From contig OZ244621.1 in NCBI GenBank assembly GCA_965218425.1, positions 3,296,001 to 3,360,000 on the forward strand: a stretch of 64,000 bases of DNA, in the 5' to 3' direction. This document shows, in pieces, positions 42,554 through 52,423 of the stretch. The position numbers and the translations under genes were made by a program. This DNA is from an uncultured Candidatus Binatia bacterium (GTDB taxonomy: Bacteria > Desulfobacterota > Binatia > UBA9968 > CAXXLF01). Below the pieces are notes generated by a model. It searched no databases and had not been told where the DNA came from. It was given only the letters and a program-made list of their open reading frames with translations. How positions within the stretch are numbered: the stretch's first letter is position 1; the number at the start of each line of letters is the position of its first letter.

Positions 42554-42640
42554 GGATAGCCTCCTGTGTGAAATTGTCCCTCAATCAATTAACTGTCCTT
42601 GTCCGCTATGTCAAGTCGCCTTCCGTTTCCGGTAACTCGG

Positions 42641-42814
42641 CGCTCCTCGGGGAACGAGTCCTCAGGCCGTGGGCAACAGGCCTGTGAATATCTGAGGCGA
42701 AACGTTCGATGCCCACGCCCTTCATCCTCATTCCCCTCGTCGCTTTTCATTGTCTCCGACTCAGAACTTAGCACTCGTAGCTCAATACTCACTTCGCGGC
42801 AGGCCACCGAGCCC
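42641..42814 (+). repeat. Structured intergenic repeat, copy C (centre replaced by a heptamer array)
   Basis: First ~100 bp nearly identical to 57421-57523; shared 3' end GCAGGCC.CCGAGCCC. Confidence 0.85.
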
Positions 42815-43019
42815 TAATATTTTCTACGTAACTCCATTGCTCCGTTCATATCCCACTCAGTAAGCCCGGTAGACGAGAAGCGCCCCGAGTCGCCGGTGTA
42901 AGGGTTCGGTTCGGGGTTAGCAGTGTCCATGGACCCTTGGCAAGCCGTTGGAAATATGGCAAGAGTAAATCCCGTACCGTGGTCAAAAACCCGTTTTGCA
43001 ATGCCAACAGGAGGAACCA

Positions 43020-44183
43020 TTGGCTAAACAGGATGCCCGCCAAAAGTCTTTGCGAAAAGGCCTTGGGATTCTTCGATCGGCAGGGATTGCGGTTGAGGAT
43101 CCAACGCCTTCGACAGTGCAAATCCTAAAGGGCAAATTCGGAACGGGCAAAGAGGTCGACCTGGCCCTGGTCTATCTATTGGGTCGAATCACCGATCCTG
43201 CGGCGCTGGATGCGCTGATCTTAATGGAACCAGGGGCGACGAATAAAGAAGTGAAAAGAGAGGTGCGTCGCTCTCTATTCAAATTGGGCCAGCAGGGGTT
43301 ACTCCCGCCACGGCGCGAGCCTGCAGCCCAAGAGAGTGAGAAACCCGATTTCAGCCTCGGTCCGGGGCTCGAAGCCTATCTATCCTCGGTGGATTCGGGA
43401 GGCAACCGTTTAATTTGGCTTGCCAAGCCCCAGGCCGGAAGCGGGATACAGATTATCCAAGGATTCTTCAATGATCGCGAGGGCCTTGTTCAAGTGGGGG
43501 GATCATTGATTCGCCGAAAAGAACTTCGCCAGATGATGACGGAGATCAAGGAGAAACATGGAATCAACGTGATTTCCATACCGTGGAATTACGCCGATTT
43601 CATCCTTTACGAAGCCTTTGAAAAGGCAAAGGCTCAGGGGCGGAGTGGCTTGGAGCAATTCCACGCCCTGCGGGCCCATCTGAACCTGTCCAAACCCAGT
43701 GCAAGACCCCATCCCGTCTACGATCATCTCAATCCCGAGGAGGTTCGCTCCGGCTCCTGGCGTGAGACCTCGCAAAGACTCCTGGAGGAGCCAGAGTTCC
43801 AATCATGGGTCTTGGTTGAAGAATGGATTCGCCCCTGTATGGACAGGGTTCAGGAGGCACAGCAAAGCCGCTTGGTGTTAAACCCTCTGCAAAAGGAGGA
43901 GCGAATTTCGACCCTTATTCGAGAAATGGTTCAAGAGTTGTTTACCGGAGAGGTGGGACAGCTTTTTTCACGTAGAATGGAAGATATGGCGCTACATCTT
44001 TTCGTGGCCAACAAGGAGGATCGAGCAAAGTCCGCCCTTGCTGTAGCCCTGTGTCTACGGGACGGGGAGTTGGGTGGGCTGGGGGTGCCGTTTCTTCATG
44101 GATTAGTTCAAAAGAGCCTGGCAGTGTATATAACTCAGGATAAGAGGCGGCCGGAGGATTCGTCTCTAATTGTCAAACCGTAG
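43020..44183 (+). CDS. Hypothetical helical protein with a HEAT-like N-terminal segment (TTG start after AGGAGG)
   Basis: Long ORF; LLGRITDPAALDAL...KEVKREVRRSLFKL. Confidence 0.75.
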   Translation: MAKQDARQKSLRKGLGILRSAGIAVEDPTPSTVQILKGKFGTGKEVDLALVYLLGRITDPAALDALILMEPGATNKEVKREVRRSLFKLGQQGLLPPRREPAAQESEKPDFSLGPGLEAYLSSVDSGGNRLIWLAKPQAGSGIQIIQGFFNDREGLVQVGGSLIRRKELRQMMTEIKEKHGINVISIPWNYADFILYEAFEKAKAQGRSGLEQFHALRAHLNLSKPSARPHPVYDHLNPEEVRSGSWRETSQRLLEEPEFQSWVLVEEWIRPCMDRVQEAQQSRLVLNPLQKEERISTLIREMVQELFTGEVGQLFSRRMEDMALHLFVANKEDRAKSALAVALCLRDGELGGLGVPFLHGLVQKSLAVYITQDKRRPEDSSLIVKP

Positions 44184-44208
44184 ATTCTAAACGAAGGAAA
44201 CAAGTAAG

Positions 44209-45309
44209 ATGTCTAAAACGCCTGAAATTTTCGATGAATGGTATATCAAAAGCTCCTATCAGCAGTTTGTGCAACAGGAAGGCGTGCCCCTGTACGAAGG
44301 AAGCGCCCTGGAAGACCTGGTGGGGCTGCCCTTGGGCGATTGGGAAAGGAGAGGGGGGCAGTGCGCGTATACACGCTTAGGTAATCAGGAAACTTCCTAC
44401 AATCTTCAGATCATCGAGATCCCTCCTAAGGGAGAGCTGAAACCGGAACGGCACATGTATGAGGCTATCATGTATGTGATGAAAGGCCGGGGAGCCACCA
44501 CCCTATGGCAGGAGGGCGAATCCAAACACACAGTCGAATGGGAAGAGGGATCGTTACTCACGATACCCCTCAATGCATGGCATCAGGAGTTCAATGCCTC
44601 CAGCGACGAGCCATGCAGGATATTTTTCTGCACCAACATGGCCTACGTGATTAACTGGTACCACAATCTAGAATACGTCTTTAATAACCCATTTTGTTTC
44701 AAAGACCGCTATTCCTATGGGATGCAAAACTTTTTTAGCCAGCAGGGAAAGCACTGGCAGCATCGGACCTTTGAGACCAATTTTGTCCCCGACATACGAA
44801 AGGTTCCTTTGGATGATAATCCAGTCAGAGGTCATCGTCACAGGGTTCAAAGACTCTCCATGGCCGCCACATCCATTGGAATTCATATCGCTGAAGTTGA
44901 AGTGGGAACCTATATGACCGCCCATCGACACACCGCAGGGGCTCATGTGATTACCGTGGAAGGACAGGGCTACGAGGTGTTGTTTATGCCTGGGGAGGAA
45001 AAAAATAGGCAAAAAATCCCATTGAAACCCTATACGGTCATTTCACCGAAGCACAACGAGTTTCACCAGCACTTCAATGCGGGTAAAACCACCTTTAAGA
45101 TGTTGGCCTTCAGGGGATATGGGATCAGGTATGGTTGGGGAAAAGACTATACCCGAGTGTCGCCCACCGCCCAGACTACGGATTTCCATGCGGAATCATT
45201 GAATATCAGCTACGAACAAGAGGATCCTGTCATAAGGGCAGAGTATTATCGTGAGTTGGAAAAAATCGGCATTAATTCAAGATTACCCCCAGTCAATCAA
45301 AGGGGTTGA
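44209..45309 (+). CDS. Bicupin domain protein (gentisate dioxygenase-like fold)
   Basis: ERHMYE...WHQEFN and AHRH...FHQHFN cupin motifs. Confidence 0.85.
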   Translation: MSKTPEIFDEWYIKSSYQQFVQQEGVPLYEGSALEDLVGLPLGDWERRGGQCAYTRLGNQETSYNLQIIEIPPKGELKPERHMYEAIMYVMKGRGATTLWQEGESKHTVEWEEGSLLTIPLNAWHQEFNASSDEPCRIFFCTNMAYVINWYHNLEYVFNNPFCFKDRYSYGMQNFFSQQGKHWQHRTFETNFVPDIRKVPLDDNPVRGHRHRVQRLSMAATSIGIHIAEVEVGTYMTAHRHTAGAHVITVEGQGYEVLFMPGEEKNRQKIPLKPYTVISPKHNEFHQHFNAGKTTFKMLAFRGYGIRYGWGKDYTRVSPTAQTTDFHAESLNISYEQEDPVIRAEYYRELEKIGINSRLPPVNQRG

Positions 45310-45344
45310 TTGGATTGGGTTTTGTTCCAAGGAAGGGTCGCGCC

Positions 45345-45373
45345 TTGACAAGATCCATGGGGTATCCTATAGG
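45345..45373 (+). promoter_or_regulatory. Candidate sigma70 promoter for the SBP gene
   Basis: TTGACA-17 bp-TATAGG. Confidence 0.4.
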
Positions 45374-45410
45374 GCGTTAGTACGCAAAATCGGCCAAAGA
45401 GGAGATCCAT

Positions 45411-46538
45411 ATGAATTGGTTATTAACCCTTCGTAGGTTGCTGACCCTTAGTCTTTTAGCGACGTCCCTCGTTTTCTTCACAAAGCCAGGCACTGTTTGG
45501 GGAGAAGAAGGTTGGGCGGAAGTTGTCAAGAAGGGAGAAAAAGAGGGTCGGGTGATGATCTACGCTAGCGCCAACCTCGGTCACTTCCCGATCATCCGGG
45601 CAGCATTTAACAAAAAGTATCCTGATATAAAAGTGGTGACGGTCTTGGGTCGAAGTGTATACTATACCAGGCCTGTGCACGAGCACAGGGCAAATAAATA
45701 TTTGGTGGACCTCATCATTGGCTCACCCTCAAGGCTTTACCGAACCCTTTCCAGAGCGAAGAGCCCCAAAATGTTGGAACCCGTCCGACCTGCATTAATG
45801 CTCCCTGACGTCATCGACCAGTCCCTATGGTGGAGGGGCAAGCACACATACATAGACCCCCAGGGACAGGATGTTTTCATGTTTGAAAGCAGCATTTATG
45901 GAGCCCAACTTGCTTACAACACGAATCGCGTCGACCCGACACAATTCAATTCTGTCTGGGACATCTTGGAACCAAAGTGGAAAGGAAAGATTTTAGCGCC
46001 CGACATTGTGGGCATCGGGGGGTTAAATTCGGTCAATTTTATTTATCACCATCCTGAAATGGGGCCCCAATATCTTACCAAGCTATACACCGAATTGGAC
46101 CCCACACTATACCGGAATTTTTCGCGAGCGGTGGACCGCTTGGCCAGTGGTCCATTTTCCCTTTGCTTAGCCTGCCGTAGGGTACCTCTCGCCATGGAAC
46201 AGGGACTTCCGGTGAACGAAATTTCACCCTATCAGTTTAAAGAGAAACAGGGCGTTGGTGGCGGAAGCGGGGCCATCGTCAGAGTGACTCACGCCCCTCA
46301 TCCCAATGCGGCCAAGGTGTTTTTGAACTGGTGGTTGTCACGAGAAGGACAGATCACCTTCAGATTGGCGAACGAGATGAATCCTAGAAAATCATCACTG
46401 AGGGATGATATTCCAGAAAAGCTCTTACCCAAAGTTCGAAGAATCAAGGGCAAGGACTACATGTTTGTTAACCGCTGGGATCGGCTAGACTATAAGGCAC
46501 TGGTCAAGTTCGCTAAGGGGATTCAAAAACCAAGGTAA
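45411..46538 (+). CDS. Orphan ABC transporter substrate-binding protein (AfuA/FbpA-like fold)
   Basis: Signal peptide, KEGRVMIY, AYNT, WDILEPKWKGK, APHPNAAKVFLNW. Confidence 0.85.
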   Translation: MNWLLTLRRLLTLSLLATSLVFFTKPGTVWGEEGWAEVVKKGEKEGRVMIYASANLGHFPIIRAAFNKKYPDIKVVTVLGRSVYYTRPVHEHRANKYLVDLIIGSPSRLYRTLSRAKSPKMLEPVRPALMLPDVIDQSLWWRGKHTYIDPQGQDVFMFESSIYGAQLAYNTNRVDPTQFNSVWDILEPKWKGKILAPDIVGIGGLNSVNFIYHHPEMGPQYLTKLYTELDPTLYRNFSRAVDRLASGPFSLCLACRRVPLAMEQGLPVNEISPYQFKEKQGVGGGSGAIVRVTHAPHPNAAKVFLNWWLSREGQITFRLANEMNPRKSSLRDDIPEKLLPKVRRIKGKDYMFVNRWDRLDYKALVKFAKGIQKPR

Positions 46539-46568
46539 TGAAAAGCGTTTGGGCATCCATGGTCCTAC

Positions 46569-47567
46569 CTAGGGCGTAAGGTTTATGCCCAACCCTTGTT
46601 CCGTGGCCCTCTTATAAACGTAAGAGGAAATGGCCACGTCGTAGATGCCGGACCCGGAGTTCATGTAGGCAATAATTTGGCTGTCCGACGTCCTCCCCGG
46701 TTTCTTCCCTAGAATAATATCTCCCATCTCCACCGAGAGGTCAGCTTCAGTGAGTTCTCCCGAGTCCATGAGGTCCGCCACCGCCTGGTAGGGCGGCACG
46801 TGGGAAATTACCTCATTGATGATGGAGGCGATCAGTTTGGACTTTTTTGCCGTTGCCTTATCCATTTCCTCAGGGGTATTGGTAATGAAGGTGCTCCCGG
46901 GCTTGAGCCAGTCCCCATTGAGAACGGGGACAACCGTGCTGGTTGCCGCGGTTACGATATCTGAGTCTCGAACAACGGGTTGCGGATTATCGAAATCAAG
47001 GACTTCCACCTGCATCTCTTTGGTGAAAAGACTCACAAAGGACTTACGGTGGTCAGGATTGGGGCTATAGACCTTGATTTTTTTGATAGGTCTCACGGTA
47101 CAGACGGCACGGGTGGCCCACTGCGCAATGCGCCCTGAACCGATGACGCCCAGTGTCGATGAATTTGCCAGGGAGAGATGCTTTGCAGCCATTCCGTCCG
47201 GCACCGCGCTGCGAACCCCATGGATCAGGGAATCAGAAATCGCCGCTCTCCATTCCATGGTCCCCGAATCGAAAAAGATGAGAAGGAATCCACCGGTCCC
47301 CTGGCCGGGCTTGTCTCCTTTTTTCGTGGTACCGACTCTCAGTCCTGCACCGATTCCAGGAAGAATGGCGGGGAGAATTCTCATGTCGTGAGTCCACGGA
47401 CGTCCGCTCCCTAGGCCAGTCACCGTAGGGAATACCACCCGGAGCCGTTTTCCATAGGTCCCTTTGTTCTGGGCCAGCAGCCTGTGGGCCTGTTCAAATA
47501 GCTCGATGAGCTCATTCATGTCGAGTTTGAGCTTCAGGGTGTCTTCGTAGGAAACAAAAAGGGCCAT
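46569..47567 (-). CDS. Ornithine cyclodeaminase/mu-crystallin family protein
   Basis: GVIGSGRIA, DIVTAAT, WLKPG, GRTSDSQI, G.GIYD. Confidence 0.88.
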   Translation of the reverse strand: MALFVSYEDTLKLKLDMNELIELFEQAHRLLAQNKGTYGKRLRVVFPTVTGLGSGRPWTHDMRILPAILPGIGAGLRVGTTKKGDKPGQGTGGFLLIFFDSGTMEWRAAISDSLIHGVRSAVPDGMAAKHLSLANSSTLGVIGSGRIAQWATRAVCTVRPIKKIKVYSPNPDHRKSFVSLFTKEMQVEVLDFDNPQPVVRDSDIVTAATSTVVPVLNGDWLKPGSTFITNTPEEMDKATAKKSKLIASIINEVISHVPPYQAVADLMDSGELTEADLSVEMGDIILGKKPGRTSDSQIIAYMNSGSGIYDVAISSYVYKRATEQGLGINLTP

Positions 47568-47585
47568 CTTAGTTCCTCCAGTTGC

Positions 47586-48878
47586 TTAGCCTGTTCCAGT
47601 CCGCTCACGGTTGCAGATATCCAGGGCCAGCAGGGTGTAAACCTTTGCTGCTTTGACCATATCTTCGATCTGGATTTCCTCCCGCCGCGGGCCGATATTC
47701 TTTCCACGGGGGCCGAATTTGATGGTGGGGATCCCCAGTTCGTTGTAAACGTTTGTGTCCGTCCAGATACTCGCCCTTTCGGGTTTCTCCGGATTTGGCT
47801 TGGACCCAAAGAGATATTCGTGGACTTCTTCCAGAGACTGGACCAGAGGTTCCACTCCCTTACCTTCGTGCCCCATCAGGGAACGGTAAAATTCCAGGTC
47901 GTATTCGATGCCGAGGGAGGAGAGAATTTTCTCAACCTCGTACTTTATGGCGAGGGGTCTTAAGTGAGGCGGGGTACGTACATCCACGTAAATGTGACAG
48001 ACCCCCGGCAAATAATTCGGTTTATACGGCGCTCCCCCCTCAATGGCCCCTATATTGACCTTGGATAAAATGGGTCCCGTGGGAGAGTTATAGATGTTGC
48101 GCTCTTCAAAATCCTCCGCCCATTTTTCCAGGGCCTCGATGATCCTTGTCATTTTTATGATGGCGTTGATTTCCACCATGGGTTGACTGGCCCTCTTGGT
48201 CCCCCAGGCGGCGCGTGCCCTGCCGAAGGTGGAGACCTTGAAGTCCACCACTCCCACCTGGGTCCACACGACGTTCAGGTCCGATCCGTCTGCAACCACC
48301 GCATAATCTGACTGAATACCGTGAGTCAGCAGGTGCCTCGTCCCGATTCCTTCGCCTCTGTACTCCTGGCTTTGAAACGGTCCGATGGGGGTGCGAGAGA
48401 TTTCGCCCACGACACCGGCAAGGATTAAGTCGCCTTTCAGTTGAATACCACTCTTCTTGATTGCCTTGGCTGCCATTAAAAAGGCGGTCACTCCTCCCTT
48501 CATATTGGAAATTCCTAAACCCCGGACAACGTCGTCTTCGATGATGCCTTGAAGCTCTGATTCGGATTCCACGTTTGCGACGATTCGCCGATCCTCATCG
48601 GTGCCCGTAAAACTTGTGTCTAAATGGCCATTGAACATGAGGCTTAGGCCTTTACCCTGTCCCTTCAATATCCCCACCGCGTTGGGCCGGTCCACGTCCA
48701 CCTCCTGTCGGATGGGTTTGAGGCCGTTTGACTCGTACCATTGGAGGACGAAGCGGGCAACGGCATTTTCCTTGCCCGTGGGGCTGGGAATATTGACGAG
48801 ATCGCAGGCGAGGCGTGCCAACTCATCACGGTCCAGGTGGGCCAAAACCTTCTGGGCGAGTTTTTTGTCTAACGCCAT
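47586..48878 (-). CDS. M20 family metallohydrolase (ArgE/DapE-like) with atypical metal ligands
   Basis: IPSPTGKE, FNGHLDT, NMKGG, NIGAIEGG. Confidence 0.85.
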   Translation of the reverse strand: MALDKKLAQKVLAHLDRDELARLACDLVNIPSPTGKENAVARFVLQWYESNGLKPIRQEVDVDRPNAVGILKGQGKGLSLMFNGHLDTSFTGTDEDRRIVANVESESELQGIIEDDVVRGLGISNMKGGVTAFLMAAKAIKKSGIQLKGDLILAGVVGEISRTPIGPFQSQEYRGEGIGTRHLLTHGIQSDYAVVADGSDLNVVWTQVGVVDFKVSTFGRARAAWGTKRASQPMVEINAIIKMTRIIEALEKWAEDFEERNIYNSPTGPILSKVNIGAIEGGAPYKPNYLPGVCHIYVDVRTPPHLRPLAIKYEVEKILSSLGIEYDLEFYRSLMGHEGKGVEPLVQSLEEVHEYLFGSKPNPEKPERASIWTDTNVYNELGIPTIKFGPRGKNIGPRREEIQIEDMVKAAKVYTLLALDICNRERTGTG

Positions 48879-49018
48879 ACGGTTCTTTCTCCTCGAACGA
48901 AGATGGCTAGAAGTCAATCCAACAATCTTTGAAATGACGTGATCTATAGGAAAAGGAAGACCGGTAGAGCTTGGTCCAAGAAAAACATACGGGAGCCAAC
49001 CCGTGGTATTCGAAGGCG

Positions 49019-49870
49019 TTAGTTCTGAGACGAGATTTCCCAGCAGTTTAAGTCGGGATCTCGAAGCAGAAACGACGAAAGGCTCCCTCGCGTTTGAATT
49101 CCACCTACCTCTTTAGCTCCCAGTTCTGTACCGGCTTTCTTCAGCCATTCATGGGAGCGGAGCACCGCGTCTTGAGATTCCACCGATACCGTAAAGCGGA
49201 AATTGGCTGAATAATTCTTTTTCCCTTCTCGAGCGAGAGAGACAATATAGGATTTGTATTGAGGATATTTCAGGTAAACCACTTTCTCATAGGCCTTAAA
49301 GATGTCCAAACCCAATACCTCTGTATAAAAGCGTTTGGAAACCTCCAGGTTATCGGAGGCGAGGGTGCCATGGGTGAAGGCCTGAGGGACATAGCCTTTT
49401 CCTGGAAAATGATCAGAGGCAAGAGGTGTGTCCCAGTGTCGGCCCCGGACACCGCCGAGCCTGGTACCGCCCACTTCTTTACGCAGCACGTCCTCAAAGC
49501 ATTCGATCTCCCACCCGTTGGTGCCTGGCTCCAGGAAATAAAGGGAATAGGAGCCATGGGAAATGTCGGGCTTCCCGATCTGCTCCAATCCGTAATCCTT
49601 TTGATGGGCGGTCAAATACTCATAGGCCGCATCCACTTCTGCTTTCTTTTCCACACGCACTCCATAGTGGTTGTGCATCTGCTTTACCGCTGAGCTGGGT
49701 CCACCCTCATGAACGGTTAACCTCCAATGGCTATTGGGATGACTTAGGGTGGTTTCATGGGGGCCTTCGGAAATCACCTGGAATGCTAAAAGGTCCGTCA
49801 GCACGGGGACGGTTTCTTTCAAGAGGCAACATTCCATATGGGCAACGGTAAAAGCGGTGGGCTGATTCAT
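49019..49870 (-). CDS. VOC/glyoxalase family protein (two domains)
   Basis: HNHYGV, YFLEPGTNGWEI, THGTL, RDPDLNCWEI. Confidence 0.85.
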   Translation of the reverse strand: MNQPTAFTVAHMECCLLKETVPVLTDLLAFQVISEGPHETTLSHPNSHWRLTVHEGGPSSAVKQMHNHYGVRVEKKAEVDAAYEYLTAHQKDYGLEQIGKPDISHGSYSLYFLEPGTNGWEIECFEDVLRKEVGGTRLGGVRGRHWDTPLASDHFPGKGYVPQAFTHGTLASDNLEVSKRFYTEVLGLDIFKAYEKVVYLKYPQYKSYIVSLAREGKKNYSANFRFTVSVESQDAVLRSHEWLKKAGTELGAKEVGGIQTRGSLSSFLLRDPDLNCWEISSQN

Positions 49871-49906
49871 TTTTCTACTCCTCAGGAACTTTTACCTTTT
49901 TTTCGG

Positions 49907-52423
49907 TTAACGGTAAAGGGTCCTGTCCCCTTTAGTCTCGTATCTGTGGATTTGAGGAATGAAGGAGGGAAGTCCCGTGCTTCCCTGGATGAGGAAATTC
50001 ACCGGGATGAAGTCCTGCAGCAATGGAATGGGCAATTGTAGGCTTCCCATGGGGGTCGTTCCCTCTGTCCCAAGAGAGATCTTGTCTCCCCCCAGGTATT
50101 CCGGCAGTTTGCCGCTAATGTTAAATCCACCGGTGGATACGCTCCCCTGGAGCGGAGGGAGCTTGAATTTACCCCTACCATTTTTCTCATTCTCGGTGAC
50201 GAGTTTATAATCCAACACCTTTTGAAAGGTCGGCGGCTCATCTCCGCCCGCGCGTTTCACCAAGGTCAGGTTCGTATCGTCCAATTCCTTTGCCTTGGGA
50301 GCCCGCTTCTCCGTTAGGAATTCAGACGGGAGTTGCGTGATCCCTCCCGGGCTTCCTTTTGGTCGGATGTGGACATCCTCCATGGCAATCTCGTAATGCC
50401 TCTTTCTGAGGGCACGCTGAAACCGTTCGACGGTCTCCGTTTTTACGAGGTATGCCTTACTTTGACTTCCCCAGGGAGTTTCAAAGTGCAGTATGATCTC
50501 ACTTCGGTTCAATAGGTTGACCCCTCGATCAGCCAACTCGATATTGTTGGGATTGCCATCGAAGAGTATTGATTTTAACCCCAGACCCTCCAGATTGTAC
50601 AGTTCCGGGTACTCCATCAAGAACTCCTTGCTGATTCTGGTTCCTCGGTTCTCTAGTTTGACCAGTTCGGCTAATTTGCCAATGGCCTTCTTGGAGGCCG
50701 CAGTCTCTGGATACATGTCGAGGACCCACCGCAAGTACATTTCCTTGGTATAGTTGCTCTGGCTCTGTTCTGCACGCCGCAGCACGACACCGGCTGAAGT
50801 CTCTTTTAACTTTGAAATTTTTTCCTCGGAAGCGCTTCCCGACATCTGGTGGTAAGCAATAGACTTATGGTAGGCACCCACGTCCTCATAGGCCTTGGCG
50901 AGGATGCGGTATACATCGTTGGCATTTTCCGAGTTGGGGTGACTCCGGATATAGGCAACGCCTTTGTCAATGATGGGTTGGTTTGAGATTGGATCAGCGG
51001 TCAGGACTTGAAAGAGATTCGAGCTCATGAACATCAGGTTAGCGAAACCCATGGTACTGACCCCTCCAACGCCTTGATAGATGAAGGGCCTTGCACTCAT
51101 GAGTAGATTTTTTTCCAAAAAATTCTCTCCCAGCAGGATGTACCGTACGGTATTCAGTTGATGCTGTTTCTGGGCCTTATGGAGAAGGGTGAGTTTGTTG
51201 TATTCAGGACTCTCCAATAATGCCTTGGCCCTATTTCGCTGTTCGGGGGATTTGGAAGATCTTGCGATTTTTTTTAGCATTTTTTTTGCCGCATCGCGTT
51301 TCCCCTGGATTTCTAGGGCCACCACTCGAGCCTCTCGGGCCGACTCACCGATGGAACTCCCCGGATATCTCCTTTGTACGGCCTTGGCGTAAACCTCCAC
51401 GGATTTTGGATTTCTAAGGGCCAAAGCGTACAGAAGCTGGATAAGCTGTGCGTCATGGATTTGAATTCCGTTGGTTTTAATTGGTTTCTTTGGGGGCGAA
51501 AGAGATTGTAGCCTTTCATTATTTTTCTCTGTCAACCGCTCCTTCAACTTGTGGTAACCCTTTTTCGCTTTCTTCGATTCAGGGTTAATGAGAATGGCCA
51601 TTTCGTAATGGAGTTCAGCGCGCGTGAACTCGCCTTGATCCATGGCTTGTTCCGCTTCCTTAATATGCTGATGGGTCAAGTCCTTTCTTTTCTTGTTTTG
51701 CAGGTCTTCTACGATTTTTTCGACTTTTTTTCTGTGGGGATCGTTGGGATACCGTTGGAGGTATTGACGGTAAAGATCCAGTGCCTTTCTTTCCTCAAAG
51801 GGGATCTTTTTCGAGCGCAGGGCAGCCAGTTGTGAGACTGTGGCGTCAGCTGCTGCAGTGGCATAGGAACCCGATAAAATGTTGACGAGGTCCACCGATT
51901 TGAGAAATTGGTTTACAAAAAATGCCCATTTGTTGGTCTTGCTTCTCCTTAACATCTCACTGGCTTGCGCCATCTCATCGTTGCGAATCCTTGAGCGGAT
52001 GAGTTTCTTTTGTTCTTCAGAGGTGGCGGCGTCCAGCGCCTTTTTTTGCGCCTTCAAATATGCCTCGCGGTCAGTGATGGTATTGTTGTGGAGGTCCATG
52101 ACATGTTCCGTCAGACCCGTGACGGTCTTTCTCTCCTCCATGAGACGGGTGTCCTTTTCCATGAAGAAGTAAACATGATTCTGGAGGGACTTCTCCGGCT
52201 CAGTGAGGCTGTCGATGACCGCCTGGCGAATTCGTTTGTCCGTCTCATCGGGAAAATACTTGGGCTGATAACGGGCCTGTTCATCAAACGGATTAAAATC
52301 GGGCAATGGATCTAGGATTCTCTCCATGAGGCGGTCACCGCTTACTGAGTGTTCCTGGGCCCAACCCGTCATGGCAACCATGAAGGACAGAAACATGGGT
52401 AATAGGCGGATAGTCCACTTCAC
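49907..52423 (-). CDS. Large secreted TPR-like hypothetical protein
   Basis: Signal peptide; repeated YP-terminated helical hairpins (YLQRYPND, QRRYPGS, IRSHPNS, LDMYPET). Confidence 0.75.
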   Translation of the reverse strand: MKWTIRLLPMFLSFMVAMTGWAQEHSVSGDRLMERILDPLPDFNPFDEQARYQPKYFPDETDKRIRQAVIDSLTEPEKSLQNHVYFFMEKDTRLMEERKTVTGLTEHVMDLHNNTITDREAYLKAQKKALDAATSEEQKKLIRSRIRNDEMAQASEMLRRSKTNKWAFFVNQFLKSVDLVNILSGSYATAAADATVSQLAALRSKKIPFEERKALDLYRQYLQRYPNDPHRKKVEKIVEDLQNKKRKDLTHQHIKEAEQAMDQGEFTRAELHYEMAILINPESKKAKKGYHKLKERLTEKNNERLQSLSPPKKPIKTNGIQIHDAQLIQLLYALALRNPKSVEVYAKAVQRRYPGSSIGESAREARVVALEIQGKRDAAKKMLKKIARSSKSPEQRNRAKALLESPEYNKLTLLHKAQKQHQLNTVRYILLGENFLEKNLLMSARPFIYQGVGGVSTMGFANLMFMSSNLFQVLTADPISNQPIIDKGVAYIRSHPNSENANDVYRILAKAYEDVGAYHKSIAYHQMSGSASEEKISKLKETSAGVVLRRAEQSQSNYTKEMYLRWVLDMYPETAASKKAIGKLAELVKLENRGTRISKEFLMEYPELYNLEGLGLKSILFDGNPNNIELADRGVNLLNRSEIILHFETPWGSQSKAYLVKTETVERFQRALRKRHYEIAMEDVHIRPKGSPGGITQLPSEFLTEKRAPKAKELDDTNLTLVKRAGGDEPPTFQKVLDYKLVTENEKNGRGKFKLPPLQGSVSTGGFNISGKLPEYLGGDKISLGTEGTTPMGSLQLPIPLLQDFIPVNFLIQGSTGLPSFIPQIHRYETKGDRTLYR

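Noticed and set aside
42641..42700. Resemblance of the repeat to an HDV-like ribozyme (CTCCTCG ... GGGCAACA ... GAAT)
   Set aside because: These words sit in simple hairpins; I could not build the P1/P2 nested double pseudoknot
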